DNA from: Bdellovibrionota bacterium
GTDB lineage: Bacteria > Bdellovibrionota_C > UBA2361 > JBGSMV01
Assembly (NCBI GenBank): GCA_041739995.1
Contig: JBGSMV010000031.1
Span: 1-64,000 of the forward strand
Length of the DNA stretch: 64,000 bases
Direction of reading: 5' to 3'
The translations under genes and the position numbers were made by a program. The notes under the pieces were generated by a model, which saw nothing but the letters and a program-made list of their open reading frames with translations, was not told the origin of the DNA and made no database searches. Below, piece by piece: positions 17,910-29,801 of this stretch (positions are counted from its first letter, which is position 1; each line of letters starts with the position of its first letter).

Positions 17910-20900
17910 GTGGTTCGTAAATTAATTCAGCTAGTTAAAAGGGTCTCGGTGAAGCACCGCGCGCAGAAGCACTTCGCGCGGTTGCTGGCGTTACTCTGCC
18001 TACTGGCACTTGCCCCAAGCAAATCATTTGCTGACACCTACACTATCTCTATCCGTAATGGTCAAGCACAGCCAGTTGCCGGTGCTCAGATTTACGGAAA
18101 CTTTGGCGTTAACTCACTTCCGAATCGCTTCACCGACTCGTCAGGCAACTGGGCAATCGATACCGATGAGATTGCTTCCACCTCTCCTACCATAGCATTC
18201 ACCCATGTCGGTCAAGGACTGCTATTTACCCCACCCGAGGTAACGCTCTCGCTCGCCAGTTGCCCCGGTCGCGTATGCAGAGTCAGCGCAGTTCCTGATT
18301 CAAGACCAAGCGCGGTACTTGAGTGGCGCGTCTATGAGAACTCCTTCTCCGGCCCCACCCCAGTAAGTGGACATGAAGTAGTGGTGCCCACCGCGGAAGT
18401 AAGCTGTCCGAAGAAATCCGACCACGAGGGCTACATTCTTTTTGCAGTGAGGGGAAAACCTCAAGGCTGTAACAACTTAGACAGTGACCGTGAGAATGAT
18501 TTCTACTCGGTACTCCCTATAGATAGAGACGGCAAGCGCTGCACCTACTCAAACTCATTCAGCAAAAAGCTCCTCGCCTGCCCCAACGCAGGATCGGGTT
18601 CCGTCGCCGGTTCGGTTACAGCCACATGCAGCAACATAGCTCCACGAGCTCCGGCCAGCTCTTTAAGCTATCAAATTCAGGTCATCACCGATCAACTAAA
18701 AGGCGCTCTTGGTGTTTCGTTCTTCGGCAATCGAGGAATCAACAATCTCGTAAACCGCACTACCAACTTGAGCGGCGTGTGGTCTTTCACCACCGCACAG
18801 GTTTCCGCACCGGGAAGCTCTGAATTTACCGTGGTACCAGAAGGGAGCTATAGCTTCTTTCCAGGTGTAATCTTAGTAAGTCCTGCAACGTGCCCCGACG
18901 GTATCTGCAAATTCTGGGCTGTCAAAGACAACTCCTCCGCCGGCGTTATCTCCCTATCAGTCACTGACGGCACTAACCCCGTAGCCGGAGTAGAAATTTC
19001 ACAACCAAACTTCAACTCCTGCTCAGGCGTGCCGTCGCAAATCACCGACACGCAGGGGCTTGCACTCTACGGCGCCAGGACCGTTATTGCTTGCGACTCT
19101 AACGACGAGTCTTCTCTGAATGATCCGATTTCTCTTATTCCAGCACTCTCAAGCTTCTCTTTCTCGCACCAAAGCTCTACTCCCTTTCAGATTTGTCCTA
19201 CCTCGGGGCTCTCTCAGGCGAGTTATCGCGCAACTTCTGACAGCAATAGCGTTCGCAACTATACTATATCTGGTCAGGCACTTAATGCGTTGGGCTTTCC
19301 TCTTGCCTCAGCACCAATCTTGAATAGTGGCTTTGTTGCCGGCACCACCGACGATGAAGGGCGATTCAATATTGTAGTGGCGGAACAGGAGACTCTTGCA
19401 CTGCAAGTCAATCGTTCTGACGTGATAATCGATCCAGCTCTGCATGGCATTTTTCAAATCGACGGAAACCACTCTGGAATCGCCTTCAGAGTGGTTGCGC
19501 CAGCAGAGCATGAGATTCTTCCGCCAATCGATGATGAACCCTGCCCCGTTCAACTCAGCTATCAAATTACCGGAACGGCCTACGACTTACAGGGCAATCC
19601 CCTTGCGAATGCTGAAATCCTCAATAACGATGAGCCAGTTACCACCACTGATGCGCAAGGGCGGTATTCTATCGAAGTCCCGGCAATGTCAGACAACTGG
19701 ATCACGGCGGAGCGTAACAACACACTTTTTGATCCCGCAGGCGTCGCAGTAACCCAGATTCTATGTCCCGAAAGCCAAGTTAATTTCCGTCAAACTCTCG
19801 ACCCAAGCTACACCTTCACCGGTCTCGCGCGTGATAGCGGCGGCCTCCCCATCTCAGATGTCACTATCTCACTGAGCTACGGTGGTGTGGCGCGTGACAC
19901 CAGCACTTCCTTTGATGGTTCTTTCGCCATAACAATTCCAGATGACTCCGAGTATCTTATTACCGCCTATAAGGAAGGACTTTCATTCCAACCTCTCGCG
20001 TACTCGGGGCTCGCCACAGGTGACCGCTCTAACATCTTCTTCACCGCGGACCAGTCGATTGCGCCAACACCAACTCCTTCTCCGACTCCAACAATTACGC
20101 CAACACGCACGCCAACCCCGGTGCCTACACCAACTCCAGTTCCACCAACGGCGACCGCAACTTTCACAGCGACAGCTACCTACACGGCGACTCGCACTCC
20201 AACGAACACTCACACGCCAACAAAAACTGCAACTGCGACGAATACTTCCGTACCTACCGCAGTCCCTCCTACGGCTACTTCAACACGTACTCCGACTTCA
20301 ACGGCAACCCTGACGCCTACTCACACGTTCACCGCGACGCGTACCGCCACGGCTAGCTCTACTGCTACCGCCACTTGGACCGCCACACGCACACCGACAA
20401 TAACGCCGACAACGCGTCCGGCACTTCCAAATCCTACATTCAGACATCGTCAAATAGCGCTTAATGATGGGTATGGGTTAGCAGCGGCTACTCGTCCTGG
20501 GGAAAGAGGAATTTACCTTAGTTACTATCAAAATGAGAGCACTGAACTGAACGCGAATGGCTCGAAAAAAGAGTTAGGCGACCTGCGCATCGCTATTCCC
20601 AACCTCCAAACCGACTCATGGGATCTGGCAACGATTGCGCCGAATGTTTACGAAGCAATAAATAATCCCAACGTATCGGTTAACGCCCGCACAGGAATAG
20701 TGTTCGACGGAACGCGTGCTCATGTAGTGTTTGAAAATACCTCTACCAAAAAAATCTTTCACGCTACTGCTGATGGTGACCTTAAAACTGCATGGATCAT
20801 CTCAGAGATTGACTCCAATGCCACCGATGCGGGAATCGCAGTTTGCGACGCAGGCAAGCCTTGTGTGTGCTATCGAGATACCGTGACGGGGGATGTTCAA

Positions 20901-22790
20901 TTCGCCCGCCTTTCAAGCGGCCAGTGGAGCCCTGTATCGATTCAGTCTGCTTCGAACTCGGTCGAACGGTTTCAAGACTGCGATATAATACGCGATGCCG
21001 ATGGACTGCCGCTGATAGCCTACCTGGATACCGTCTCCACGACTCTCAAGGTAGCGAAACAATCGCCAAACAGCACTTGGTCAATCTCCTCTCCCGCTCT
21101 GGGCGCAGCCAGCAACGGCATAAATCCCGATATCGCTCTTACCCAAGCAGGCACCTTGGTGATTCATCACTCCCGGCCACAGCACGGCAACAGTGAGACC
21201 AGCTTTGTAAGAACAGAGCGCGATCTCTCCGGAAACTGGAGCTCCAAAGAAGGCCGTCAAGAATCCGGGTACGGCGGATACATGAGCTTTCTGCCAGGCA
21301 ATGACTCCGAAGGAGATCTGCTGGCGGTCAGACAGACAGCATCAAACGGTGCCGGATTAAGTGCCGCAATTCAATACTCAGACGGAACCGTCGCTCATGC
21401 CACCCTACTCGGCAATACAAACTATGCTGCGGGAAATCGTTCTCTTGTGCACACCGCAAAAGACTCTACCGGAATTCGATACGTGGCCTACCGATACGGT
21501 CAAGGCAATCAATTCCAAGGGGCTCACATTTGGTCTACGGACGGAGGTGCTCCCGCGACTCCAACAGCAACTCCGTCTAAAACACCAACTAGCTCTCCGA
21601 CAATAACCGCTACTGCGACCTCGACTGCAACGGCGTCGCCCACTGCAACCGTTACCTCAACCGCCACTCCAACCCCCACAAGATCCGGGGACGGTGTCAC
21701 ACTTGCCGCTCTCTGCTCGGAATCTCCAGAAACAACTCTGGTGTGGCGTGCACAGAACGCTTCATCAGAACAAGTCGGCATTGAATGGAATATCTACGGC
21801 ACGTCAGCTAAGCACCCGCTTACAATTCAAGCAGGTGCTTCCATAATATTCACCAGCGCTCGACTGCCTAATCACCCCAATACCATGCAGCTCTTTGCCA
21901 GTGATGGTCGTCAAATTGACGCAAAGTCGCCGAACACCACTAAATGCGCGCCAACTCCGACCGCCACTGCGACTGCTCTGCCCACGAACACTCCACTACC
22001 TCCGACATCGACTCCGGCGCCTCAGCCAACCATGACTCCAACTCCGGTCTCCACCGGAACAGCGTCCCCCTCTCCGACTCTCCCTGGAAACGGAATTATT
22101 CTCACTTCGATGTGTTCAGATGTCCCGTCGAACAGTCGCAAGTGGCGCGTGCGAAACTCAACTCAAGAATCACAGCCAGTAAGCTGGGATGTGGTAGGAA
22201 CAAGCCAGCGCGGTGAGCTTGTTGCCCTTGCCCTTACAGACATTTTCTTTGATACCGTAACCGTTCAAAATAGCCCCAATACGGTACGTCTGTTCGCCAG
22301 CGATGGTCGCCAAATTCAGGTGAAGGCTTCCGGTGGAGCTCAGTGTGTGCAACCAACGCCAACCCCGACCATGACGCCTACGCCAACGATGACACCCACT
22401 CCAACTCCAGTACCGCTCTATAGTGTCGAGGGCAGAATTCGAAGTTCTAAAAATGGACGTCCACCGACAGGGCGGGAGATGACACGCCTCGAACAGCTAG
22501 GCTTTGGCGCTATCGTGGTAAGCGCCACTGAAAACGACGGAACAAGGTATGAACTGGCGCTTGAGCGCCCCTTCTACTACAACTTCTCGCTTCCTCAAGG
22601 AACCTATCAGCTTCGGTTCGAGTCAGCTTCGGCCCGAGTAGCTTCACGCCCTGTTCGCTACAAAGGCGTAAAAGTTGGCTACCGTGGAGACGGATCCCGA
22701 TTCGGATTGCACTTTGCGACCGAAATTAAGGGGCTGCACGAGTCGAGCAACCAGGCAGGAAGGGTACGCTCAAGGAGGAGTAGAAGATGA
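17910..22790 (+). CDS. Large secreted/surface protein with carboxypeptidase-regulatory-like Ig domains and Pro/Thr-rich linkers
   Basis: 1626 aa with a signal peptide. Repeated G.P...A.I...TTD..GR(F/Y) Ig-like modules, long PTPTATAT tracts, a central beta-propeller-like region, and duplicated Cys-bracketed LFASDGRQI domains. Confidence 0.8.
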   Translation: MVRKLIQLVKRVSVKHRAQKHFARLLALLCLLALAPSKSFADTYTISIRNGQAQPVAGAQIYGNFGVNSLPNRFTDSSGNWAIDTDEIASTSPTIAFTHVGQGLLFTPPEVTLSLASCPGRVCRVSAVPDSRPSAVLEWRVYENSFSGPTPVSGHEVVVPTAEVSCPKKSDHEGYILFAVRGKPQGCNNLDSDRENDFYSVLPIDRDGKRCTYSNSFSKKLLACPNAGSGSVAGSVTATCSNIAPRAPASSLSYQIQVITDQLKGALGVSFFGNRGINNLVNRTTNLSGVWSFTTAQVSAPGSSEFTVVPEGSYSFFPGVILVSPATCPDGICKFWAVKDNSSAGVISLSVTDGTNPVAGVEISQPNFNSCSGVPSQITDTQGLALYGARTVIACDSNDESSLNDPISLIPALSSFSFSHQSSTPFQICPTSGLSQASYRATSDSNSVRNYTISGQALNALGFPLASAPILNSGFVAGTTDDEGRFNIVVAEQETLALQVNRSDVIIDPALHGIFQIDGNHSGIAFRVVAPAEHEILPPIDDEPCPVQLSYQITGTAYDLQGNPLANAEILNNDEPVTTTDAQGRYSIEVPAMSDNWITAERNNTLFDPAGVAVTQILCPESQVNFRQTLDPSYTFTGLARDSGGLPISDVTISLSYGGVARDTSTSFDGSFAITIPDDSEYLITAYKEGLSFQPLAYSGLATGDRSNIFFTADQSIAPTPTPSPTPTITPTRTPTPVPTPTPVPPTATATFTATATYTATRTPTNTHTPTKTATATNTSVPTAVPPTATSTRTPTSTATLTPTHTFTATRTATASSTATATWTATRTPTITPTTRPALPNPTFRHRQIALNDGYGLAAATRPGERGIYLSYYQNESTELNANGSKKELGDLRIAIPNLQTDSWDLATIAPNVYEAINNPNVSVNARTGIVFDGTRAHVVFENTSTKKIFHATADGDLKTAWIISEIDSNATDAGIAVCDAGKPCVCYRDTVTGDVQFARLSSGQWSPVSIQSASNSVERFQDCDIIRDADGLPLIAYLDTVSTTLKVAKQSPNSTWSISSPALGAASNGINPDIALTQAGTLVIHHSRPQHGNSETSFVRTERDLSGNWSSKEGRQESGYGGYMSFLPGNDSEGDLLAVRQTASNGAGLSAAIQYSDGTVAHATLLGNTNYAAGNRSLVHTAKDSTGIRYVAYRYGQGNQFQGAHIWSTDGGAPATPTATPSKTPTSSPTITATATSTATASPTATVTSTATPTPTRSGDGVTLAALCSESPETTLVWRAQNASSEQVGIEWNIYGTSAKHPLTIQAGASIIFTSARLPNHPNTMQLFASDGRQIDAKSPNTTKCAPTPTATATALPTNTPLPPTSTPAPQPTMTPTPVSTGTASPSPTLPGNGIILTSMCSDVPSNSRKWRVRNSTQESQPVSWDVVGTSQRGELVALALTDIFFDTVTVQNSPNTVRLFASDGRQIQVKASGGAQCVQPTPTPTMTPTPTMTPTPTPVPLYSVEGRIRSSKNGRPPTGREMTRLEQLGFGAIVVSATENDGTRYELALERPFYYNFSLPQGTYQLRFESASARVASRPVRYKGVKVGYRGDGSRFGLHFATEIKGLHESSNQAGRVRSRRSRR

Positions 22791-24724
22791 GACGACTCTT
22801 AATCACACTAATGTTGCTCTCCTGGGTAGCTCCTGCTTACGCCGAAGATCAAGAGTGCTTTGAAGGCGAATACTTGCTGGAAGTGTCGCGCATTGCTCCA
22901 CTTCGGGCCAAGGCAGTCCAGGAAGCTACGCTCGCCTCTGCGGGGGCCATGGCGGTTGCAGAAGATCATCCTCGTGTGGTCATGCTCACTAAGCGAGGAA
23001 AGCGTCGCATAGGTGGCGCACGGATCGTCGTTTCTGATTTTCGCGGCGGAGTCTGTAAGCAGCTATTGAAGCGCTGGAGAAGTCTGCGCCGCAATAAGGC
23101 GCGCCCTCGGGTGGCGTCCTGCGCTTGCAACGGCGTACTACGCGCAACTCTCACGCCCAATGATAATCTCTACAGTCAGCAGTGGGGACTACACCAAGCA
23201 TCAGACATCGACATGGATGCTCCAGAAGCCTGGAACATTAGTACGGGCTCGCGCTCAATCGCGATCGGCGTCATCGATAGTGGCGTCTCTTACAACCACC
23301 CCGATCTGATCGGTAACATGTGGGTAAACACGGGCGAGATCGCAAACAACGGCATCGATGACGATGGCAACGGCTACATCGATGACGTGCGCGGTCTGAA
23401 CGCCATAACCTACAATCCCAGTTCTCGTCAGGCCGGTAATCCTGATGATGACAACGGACACGGTACTCACGTCGCTGGCTCAATCGGCGCCATTTCCAAC
23501 AACAGTATTGGTGTGGCGGGCGTCGCCCACCAGGTCACTCTCGTGCCAATTAAGTTCCTGAGCGCGAGTGGTTCCGGATCATTGGTAGACGCACTCGAAT
23601 CAATCGACTACGCCACAAAGCTCAAACTCGGTGGATTGAATCTGGTCGCAACGAACAATTCGTGGGGCGGTGGCGGGTATTTTCAGCCGCTGAAAGACTC
23701 GATTAAGGCAGCGAAGGACGCAGGCATACTTTTCGTTGCCGCCGCCGGCAATAACTCTACAAACTCTGACTCCTCACCCGGGTACCCCGCTGCCTACAAC
23801 GAGGACAACATCATCTCGGTTGCCGCCATTGATCGCTACGGAAACCTTGCGAGCTTTTCCAACTACGGTGCCACTACGGTTGATATCGGAGCCCCCGGCG
23901 TAGACATTGGCAGCACCTATCCTGGTTCCACCTACAAATATCTGAACGGCACCTCGATGGCTTCGCCACATGTAGCCGGAGCTGTCGCGCTACTTAAGTC
24001 ATACTCATTTAACCTAGGCTGGCTAGAAGCCAAGAATGTGATTCTCTCCAGTGGTGACCCCCTCGGTTCATTGGCTGGAAAGACCTCCACCGGCAAAACC
24101 TTGAACATTCACCGCATGCTGCAATCAGTGCCGCACAACCCAGCCCCTCCACCGGGAGAGATACTTCCCACACCGACCCCTACTATTGTCCCAACTCCGT
24201 CTGCCACTGCAACGCCGCAGCCGACACCGACTGTTGCACCTGGCAACTGGAACATCAGTGGGCAAGTTGCCCTATCGGGGGCCGCACTTTCCAATGCACG
24301 GGTTGAGCTCATAAGTGGTGGGAACACGTCAGTCCGTATGAGTGATGCCAACGGAGCATTCTCGTTCAACAGCGTCGCCGGTCCGACCAGCTACACACTA
24401 ACTACGTCAAAATCTGGCTACGTATTTGCACCGATAAGTGGCGTGTTAGTCGAAAACGTAAATCACCAGATCAACGCTCAATCTCGCTCCTTTACGCTTA
24501 CGGTGCAGGTCTTGAGTCCTGAGCGTGCGCCGCGCAGTGGCGTTATGGTGAATGCCGGAATTCACGGCTCTGGGCAAACAGATTCTCAAGGACGCATTCA
24601 GTTTCAAGTTCCCGCGCGAGTTGCTTATCAGATCACGCTTGCGAGCAACAATTACCAATTGGTGGAGACGCAACTCAGTGGCGAGCTGCACGGGGACACG
24701 ACCCGAGTGGCAATCGCGCGCTAG
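22787..24724 (+). CDS. Subtilisin-like serine protease (S8) with PT linker and C-terminal Ig-like domains
   Basis: Catalytic triad motifs [14 protein letters not shown] and [11 protein letters not shown]; oxyanion motif [23 protein letters not shown] insert. The start overlaps the upstream stop (ATGA). Confidence 0.95.
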   Translation: MRRLLITLMLLSWVAPAYAEDQECFEGEYLLEVSRIAPLRAKAVQEATLASAGAMAVAEDHPRVVMLTKRGKRRIGGARIVVSDFRGGVCKQLLKRWRSLRRNKARPRVASCACNGVLRATLTPNDNLYSQQWGLHQASDIDMDAPEAWNISTGSRSIAIGVIDSGVSYNHPDLIGNMWVNTGEIANNGIDDDGNGYIDDVRGLNAITYNPSSRQAGNPDDDNGHGTHVAGSIGAISNNSIGVAGVAHQVTLVPIKFLSASGSGSLVDALESIDYATKLKLGGLNLVATNNSWGGGGYFQPLKDSIKAAKDAGILFVAAAGNNSTNSDSSPGYPAAYNEDNIISVAAIDRYGNLASFSNYGATTVDIGAPGVDIGSTYPGSTYKYLNGTSMASPHVAGAVALLKSYSFNLGWLEAKNVILSSGDPLGSLAGKTSTGKTLNIHRMLQSVPHNPAPPPGEILPTPTPTIVPTPSATATPQPTPTVAPGNWNISGQVALSGAALSNARVELISGGNTSVRMSDANGAFSFNSVAGPTSYTLTTSKSGYVFAPISGVLVENVNHQINAQSRSFTLTVQVLSPERAPRSGVMVNAGIHGSGQTDSQGRIQFQVPARVAYQITLASNNYQLVETQLSGELHGDTTRVAIAR

Positions 24725-24870
24725 AGATAAAACTGACCAGTCCGCGCTGAATCATCATGGTTCGCTTGCAAATGGGTTAAAAATCGGGAAGGTGGCTGAA
24801 GCGATCTATTCAACCCGAATGTTATGCATGCCTTTCTCAAAGATCTCTGTGACTGTCAGGGCCCCCACGA

Positions 24871-25398
24871 TCAGTTTGAGAATGTCTTATCTAAGAAAGT
24901 GAAAAAACCATTCTCATCATGAAAGATTCCCCCTACGACGTCGGGTTCTATAGATGCAATACCAGGACAGGAGCTAAGGCCCTTTGGAACAACAATTTCG
25001 GGATCCTTCACAAAGAAGAGAAAGCTACCCAATCCTTGGCACGAGCGCTTAGTCTTAGTCGTTTGGAATTGTTTTATCCTCGATTCGTACTCATGGAGCT
25101 CGTCCTCTGAACAAATACTCCAAGTCGGACCCTCGGAGCCACTATCAAGGTCGAATGCGATCTTCAACTTTGGGTTTTCGCACTCAGATTCAATGCTCCT
25201 CCTCTGCTTTAGTGTTTGCACCAGAAATCTGTATAGACCTCCCCTATCCTCGAAAACCTTGGGCATGGAGCTCACCCAAAAATCAATCCGACCATTCTCG
25301 AAGACAAGAACTGAGTGCCAGAAATCTCCATTGGGGTGGCGGGAGACGAGAGAGTAAAAGCGCCCTTTACGTTTAAAAGGCTCGCTGGATCCGTCCAC
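24871..25398 (-). CDS. Hypothetical protein
   Basis: 175-aa ORF filling the gap between the S8 and HU genes; globular-looking composition but no recognised motif. Confidence 0.5.
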   Translation of the reverse strand: MDGSSEPFKRKGRFYSLVSRHPNGDFWHSVLVFENGRIDFWVSSMPKVFEDRGGLYRFLVQTLKQRRSIESECENPKLKIAFDLDSGSEGPTWSICSEDELHEYESRIKQFQTTKTKRSCQGLGSFLFFVKDPEIVVPKGLSSCPGIASIEPDVVGGIFHDENGFFTFLDKTFSN

Positions 25399-25737
25399 CT
25401 TGGGGGCCGACGACAGGCGATCTAGATATCGAACGATCTATCGTCATGGTCGGTTCCGAAAATCGCGGAGAATCACGAGTTTCGCGCCAAACGGATTCTC
25501 ACTCAATCACAACCGCAACTAGGCGTGGAATCTGATGTATTCGCTTGTTCTCCCGCTTTCGGCACTAATTCCAACTACCCTCTTTAGCGCGCTTCCATTG
25601 AGCAGGTAAACGACTGGGTCCCTAAGGTGGGCGCTGGGCCTCGTCGAATGCATGCCATTCTTTAGGATTGCAGACGCAGGAGTTTTCAGCCAAACTCGGT
25701 ATTTCTAGGCTCAAATCAACTTTCGTTAAGGACCATT

Positions 25738-26049
25738 ATGGCAAAAAAAGCTGCTACGAAATCGGAAATTCTGACAAATATCGCCACGGCCACTAAATTA
25801 AGCCGTAAACAAGTCGCTTCGGTATTCGACGGACTGGCTCAGCAAATAAAGGCTGCAGTGGGAAAGAAGGGCCCAGGAGTCTTCGCAGTCCCTGGCCTCA
25901 TGAAGATCACAGTGATTCATAAGCCTGCCACTAAGGCCCGCAAGGGAATCAACCCATTCACAAAAGAAGAGCAAATGTTTAAGGCTAAGCCCGCGCGAAA
26001 GGTCATCAAGGTACGCCCCCTCAAGGCACTGAAGGACTTCGCTAAATAG
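25738..26049 (+). CDS. HU/IHF-family histone-like DNA-binding protein
   Basis: TKSEILTNIATATKLSRKQV, PGLMKI and ARKGINPFTKEEQMFKAKPA; very basic; AAGGA SD. Confidence 0.93.
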   Translation: MAKKAATKSEILTNIATATKLSRKQVASVFDGLAQQIKAAVGKKGPGVFAVPGLMKITVIHKPATKARKGINPFTKEEQMFKAKPARKVIKVRPLKALKDFAK

Positions 26050-26079
26050 ACCGCTGCTTCACTAGGTGGAGAACGTTCT

Positions 26080-26124
26080 AAAGGACTGGAGAAAAGCCGA
26101 AAGCTTTTCTCCAGTCCTTTTTTT
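26080..26124 (+). terminator. Intrinsic terminator after the HU gene
   Basis: AAAGGACTGGAGAAAAGC-CGAAA-GCTTTTCTCCAGTCCTTT followed by TTTT. Confidence 0.9.
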
Positions 26125-26425
26125 GTTAATCTGCAATCCTTCGGCGGGCAATTTCAAGTAAACTTTGAGGTTCTTGAGGCCTGCACACCGCTCATATCGG
26201 AGTGCCGCCACCCTGTTTAGTATCCGTCCTCTATCCAGCAGACTGACGGCAGCGATGAGGCAGCAAGTATTAATGAGCAGGATAGCCGATCGACCGTTCC
26301 TAGCCCCATCCTTGGGGATTAATCGCGATTGACGCACCAGCGTAACATAGAGCCGCAATCATTTCAGACCATTACGACTTCATCCTTGGGTAACATCTTA
26401 ACCAAGGATGCTCAGACCTCTGCTC

Positions 26426-27196
26426 CTAGCCGCGATGGAATCCCCAGCGCCGAGCAACCAGCTTCTGAAGCGATCCAAATATCAAGACGTCTATGATAAG
26501 ACCGACCGAGATGATGACGCCCATCACACCAAAAACCTGATCCATGGCGTGAAGCTCTCGGCCGTAATGCAGCAATTGCCCTAGACCAAGACCAGAAATA
26601 ATCGTGACGAAGATCTCTGCGGCGAGTAGTGAGCGCCAAGCAAAGGCCCAGCCCTGTTTCATACCTGTAAGCACCACTGGGAACGACGCAGGAGCGATGA
26701 CTTTCACCAGTAGCACAAACCCAGACGCACCCATGGTGCGTGCCGCGCGCTCGTAAATTGGCGGAATAGTGCGAATGCCGTCAGAAACCGCAATCGCTAT
26801 GGACCAAAGCGTACCCATTGCCACCACAAACAAAACTGCAAGTTCCGTTTGACCAAACCACAACAGTGCAAGCGGAATCCAACACACGCTTGGCAGTGCT
26901 TGAAACCCGAGTGCCACGATGCCGAGTGTCGAAGCGGCGAAAGCCGAGTAGGCAATAAGAAATCCTGCGGGAACTCCGAGCGCCACGCCGACTGCATATC
27001 CACTTAACAGCCTACGGACAGTCACAAGCGTGGCATCCCACAAGCTACCATCCCGCATGGCGCCTATTAGATACGCAAAAATATCACTTGGTGGAGGAAG
27101 CAGCAGTGGATCCCATGCCCCGAATGTCACGAGGCATTCCCACAGGCCAAGAACTACCAAAAGAGCTAAGAGTTGGCTGAGAGCGGCGCGGCGCAT
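26426..27196 (-). CDS. ABC transporter permease, SsuC/TauC/NitT family
   Basis: LLPPPSDI, ALPSVCWIPLALLWFG, EAA-like loop (YERAARTMGA) and AWRSLLAAE. Confidence 0.93.
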   Translation of the reverse strand: MRRAALSQLLALLVVLGLWECLVTFGAWDPLLLPPPSDIFAYLIGAMRDGSLWDATLVTVRRLLSGYAVGVALGVPAGFLIAYSAFAASTLGIVALGFQALPSVCWIPLALLWFGQTELAVLFVVAMGTLWSIAIAVSDGIRTIPPIYERAARTMGASGFVLLVKVIAPASFPVVLTGMKQGWAFAWRSLLAAEIFVTIISGLGLGQLLHYGRELHAMDQVFGVMGVIISVGLIIDVLIFGSLQKLVARRWGFHRG

Positions 27197-28077
27197 ACAT
27201 CTCCTTCTTGCTGTTGACCGTTCTGCTTCTGTATTGAACTAACTCCATTTGCCATGTCAGAGATCGGATCATGCGCTTCACGAAGAGCTTTCGAGATCTC
27301 CCTGGCCGTTGCTGCTACCGCAGCATCATTGATATCCCGCGGTCTTGGCAATCGGACCTGAATAACATCGGTTACTCGTCCCGGCGTTGGTGAAAACACA
27401 AGAACTCGGTCGGCTAAGCACGCTGCCTCGCGCGCATTGTGAGTTACAAAGATAACGGTCTTTTTATATTGACCACAAATTCTCTGCAGATCTTGATAGA
27501 GCTGCTCGCGGGTCATGGCATCGAGCGCGGCGAAGGGCTCATCCATCAGCAACACTTGTGGATTTGGGGCAAGAGAACGCGCCAGCGCCACACGTTGCTT
27601 CATGCCGCCCGACAACTCATGAATGAAGCGGTATTCAAATCCCTTCAGTCCAACCAAAGCAAGATGCTCAAGCGCGATTCTCTTTCGTTCGCTCTTTGGA
27701 ATTTCTTTTACGAATTGTAGGCCGAACATCACGTTCCCAAGCGCAGTGCGCCAAGGGAAGAGTGCAGACTCTTGAAACATCATCATGCGGTCGCGGCCGG
27801 GCCCTTTGATTGGATTACCTTCGACCACCACGGAGCCGGAACTGGCGGGCAAGAGCCCGGCAATAATGTTGAGAAGCGTTGTTTTGCCGCATCCGCTTGG
27901 ACCCACCAGGCAGATGAACTCGCCCTCACGCGCAACTAAATTGGTAGGAAGCAGCGCAGTGCGTTCGCCGCTACGACTCGATAGAAAACGACTACTACTT
28001 ACTCCACGCTGCGGAAACGACTTAGAGACGCTCCGCACTTCAACTTTGTTCACCAGAACACTCATATCAGCCCTCAC
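27166..28077 (-). CDS. ABC transporter ATP-binding protein, SsuB/TauB family
   Basis: Walker A GPSGCGKT, FQESALFPW, signature LSGGMKQR, LLMDEPFAALD and H-loop VTHN. The start may be the ATG at 28065. Confidence 0.95.
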   Translation of the reverse strand: MRADMSVLVNKVEVRSVSKSFPQRGVSSSRFLSSRSGERTALLPTNLVAREGEFICLVGPSGCGKTTLLNIIAGLLPASSGSVVVEGNPIKGPGRDRMMMFQESALFPWRTALGNVMFGLQFVKEIPKSERKRIALEHLALVGLKGFEYRFIHELSGGMKQRVALARSLAPNPQVLLMDEPFAALDAMTREQLYQDLQRICGQYKKTVIFVTHNAREAACLADRVLVFSPTPGRVTDVIQVRLPRPRDINDAAVAATAREISKALREAHDPISDMANGVSSIQKQNGQQQEGDVCAAPLSANS

Positions 28078-29074
28078 TTCCCTCTGACCCTATCGACACC
28101 ACAAACGACTTGAGCAGTTCAGGATCAACGTCTTTCAAAAATCCTGCGCTCTGAGCTCGAACAAGAAACACTTCGAAGTCCTCCCGAGTCACCTTGTTAC
28201 TAAAACTCATTCGCTTCCAACTACCTGCCACCAATTCAGCCGGGATCTCCCGTCCCGAAAATGCAGCAATACCGTCACGAGTCTCCTGCTGTGCCTCCAG
28301 CGGATGCTGCACAATCCAATCAGTGAGCTCCTCATGCGCTCGCAGAAAAGCCTTGGCCACAGGTGCCTCATCTTTCAAAAACTTAGCACTGGCTGCCACT
28401 ACGGTCGTAACCGCGTCCTTCTCTTCTAAAATCAACTCAGCACCTCCGTCTGTTTCAAGGATCGACAGCCACGGCTCCACCGTCCATGCCGCATCGATGT
28501 CGCCGCGACGAAGAAGCAACACCTGGTCGGGCCCAGCCGTTGGAATGATCTGTAGATCTCCTCCGGCCCTAGTAACTTTCAACCCGCCATTCCCAAACCA
28601 GAAGCGCGCACTCACGTCTTGAGTGTTTCCAAACTGAGGAGTTGCCACCTTACGTCCTCTAAAATCGCTTGGAACCCGCAAGTCTAGGCCCTTTCGAACC
28701 ACTAATCCCGATCCGCCTCGTGCCGCACCGGAAATAACGTGAAGTCTCTGCCCTTTAGCCCGTACAAAGAGGTTAAGAACCGGGTTGGGTCCGACGTACG
28801 AGACGTCTAAAGAACCTGCAAGGAGCGCCTCCATCGCACTTGGACCCGAGTCGTACACGTACCACTCAACTGGACGACCTACCCTCTCCTCCAACCAACG
28901 AGCACCATTTTTACTTCGCAAATGGGCAATTACCCCTTGTGCATGAGTGACACTCCGGAAATGGCCGACGCGAAGCGGTTCCTCAGCCTGAAGCACCCGG
29001 ACTTCGCCGAGGAGAAGCCAGACAACTGCATGACACAGCGTTACGCCAAAAAATAAAATTCGATTCTTTTTCAA
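28067..29074 (-). CDS. ABC substrate-binding protein, aliphatic sulfonate (SsuA)-like
   Basis: Signal peptide, SGPSAMEALLAGSLDVSYVGPNP, ATPQFGNTQDVS and DAAWTVEPW. Confidence 0.9.
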   Translation of the reverse strand: MKKNRILFFGVTLCHAVVWLLLGEVRVLQAEEPLRVGHFRSVTHAQGVIAHLRSKNGARWLEERVGRPVEWYVYDSGPSAMEALLAGSLDVSYVGPNPVLNLFVRAKGQRLHVISGAARGGSGLVVRKGLDLRVPSDFRGRKVATPQFGNTQDVSARFWFGNGGLKVTRAGGDLQIIPTAGPDQVLLLRRGDIDAAWTVEPWLSILETDGGAELILEEKDAVTTVVAASAKFLKDEAPVAKAFLRAHEELTDWIVQHPLEAQQETRDGIAAFSGREIPAELVAGSWKRMSFSNKVTREDFEVFLVRAQSAGFLKDVDPELLKSFVVSIGSEGSEG

Positions 29075-29607
29075 GTCCTCTCCACATTTGAAACCGACAA
29101 CATCTTTACAAGTGAATTCGCTTTAAGCGGTGTTGACGAGCTGCACTTCTCCACACATCCGGTCGAGGAAGGCCGACCCGCAAGAATCGTGCTGTCTACG
29201 AGAGCGGCTAAAGTTGTTCCATCCAAAATATCTGCAACGCTATTCCTCACACGCTCCATCAAAAACCGCAGGCCACAAGCCTCCTCATTTGGACATGAGC
29301 AACGCTCATATGCAGTTCGGCTTACGCACCGAATCGGCGCAAGCGGACCCTCGATAAACCTCACTACTTCACCGACCGAAACTTTTTCTGGCGCGGTAGC
29401 AAGCGCGTATCCACCTTCCTTTCCGCGCGTACTGGCGATATATCCGCCTTCTTTGAGCTTACGAAGAATCTGTTCAAGAAACGCGGCAGGGATATTCTCG
29501 TTCTCAGCAAGCTGAGTGAGCGCAAGCGGAGCGCTCGTTTTTCGCTCGTACACCGCGAGCCCAATCAAGGCGCGCAGCGCATATTCACAGCGTTTCGACA
29601 TTTTCAT
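29071..29607 (-). CDS. Rrf2-family transcriptional regulator with Cys cluster
   Basis: MSKRCEYALRAL, IPAAFLEQIL, STRGKEGGY and EGPLAPIRCVS...CSCPNEEAC. Confidence 0.94.
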   Translation of the reverse strand: MKMSKRCEYALRALIGLAVYERKTSAPLALTQLAENENIPAAFLEQILRKLKEGGYIASTRGKEGGYALATAPEKVSVGEVVRFIEGPLAPIRCVSRTAYERCSCPNEEACGLRFLMERVRNSVADILDGTTLAALVDSTILAGRPSSTGCVEKCSSSTPLKANSLVKMLSVSNVERT

Positions 29608-29615
29608 AATCGAAT

Positions 29616-29634
29616 TCCTACTGAAAAAGTAGGA
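29616..29634. promoter_or_regulatory. Palindromic operator candidate for the Rrf2 regulator
   Basis: Perfect inverted repeat TCCTACT-N5-AGTAGGA, 8 nt upstream of the rrf2 ATG. Confidence 0.6.
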
Positions 29635-29801
29635 TATTGGTCAAGTATCCTAAAAGTCTATTAATTTTAATGAGTTATGGGGTCAGTCTTTGCTTGCGCG
29701 CGACGACTGCACGGCTCGACTAGTGAGGGCAACCAGGCATACTTGAGACTCTCGATTTTCGTTGAACCAGTGTGCTTTGATTTTCTTCGCGAATCCCTCC
29801 C

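Noticed and set aside
19942..21781. Val/Gly-rich and Arg/Gln-rich ORFs
   Set aside because: They are antisense or frame-shifted readings of the Pro/Thr linker codons in the large surface protein.
26062..26358. 98-aa minus-strand ORF after the ABC permease
   Set aside because: It runs through the HU terminator hairpin, has a weak start and shows no motif.
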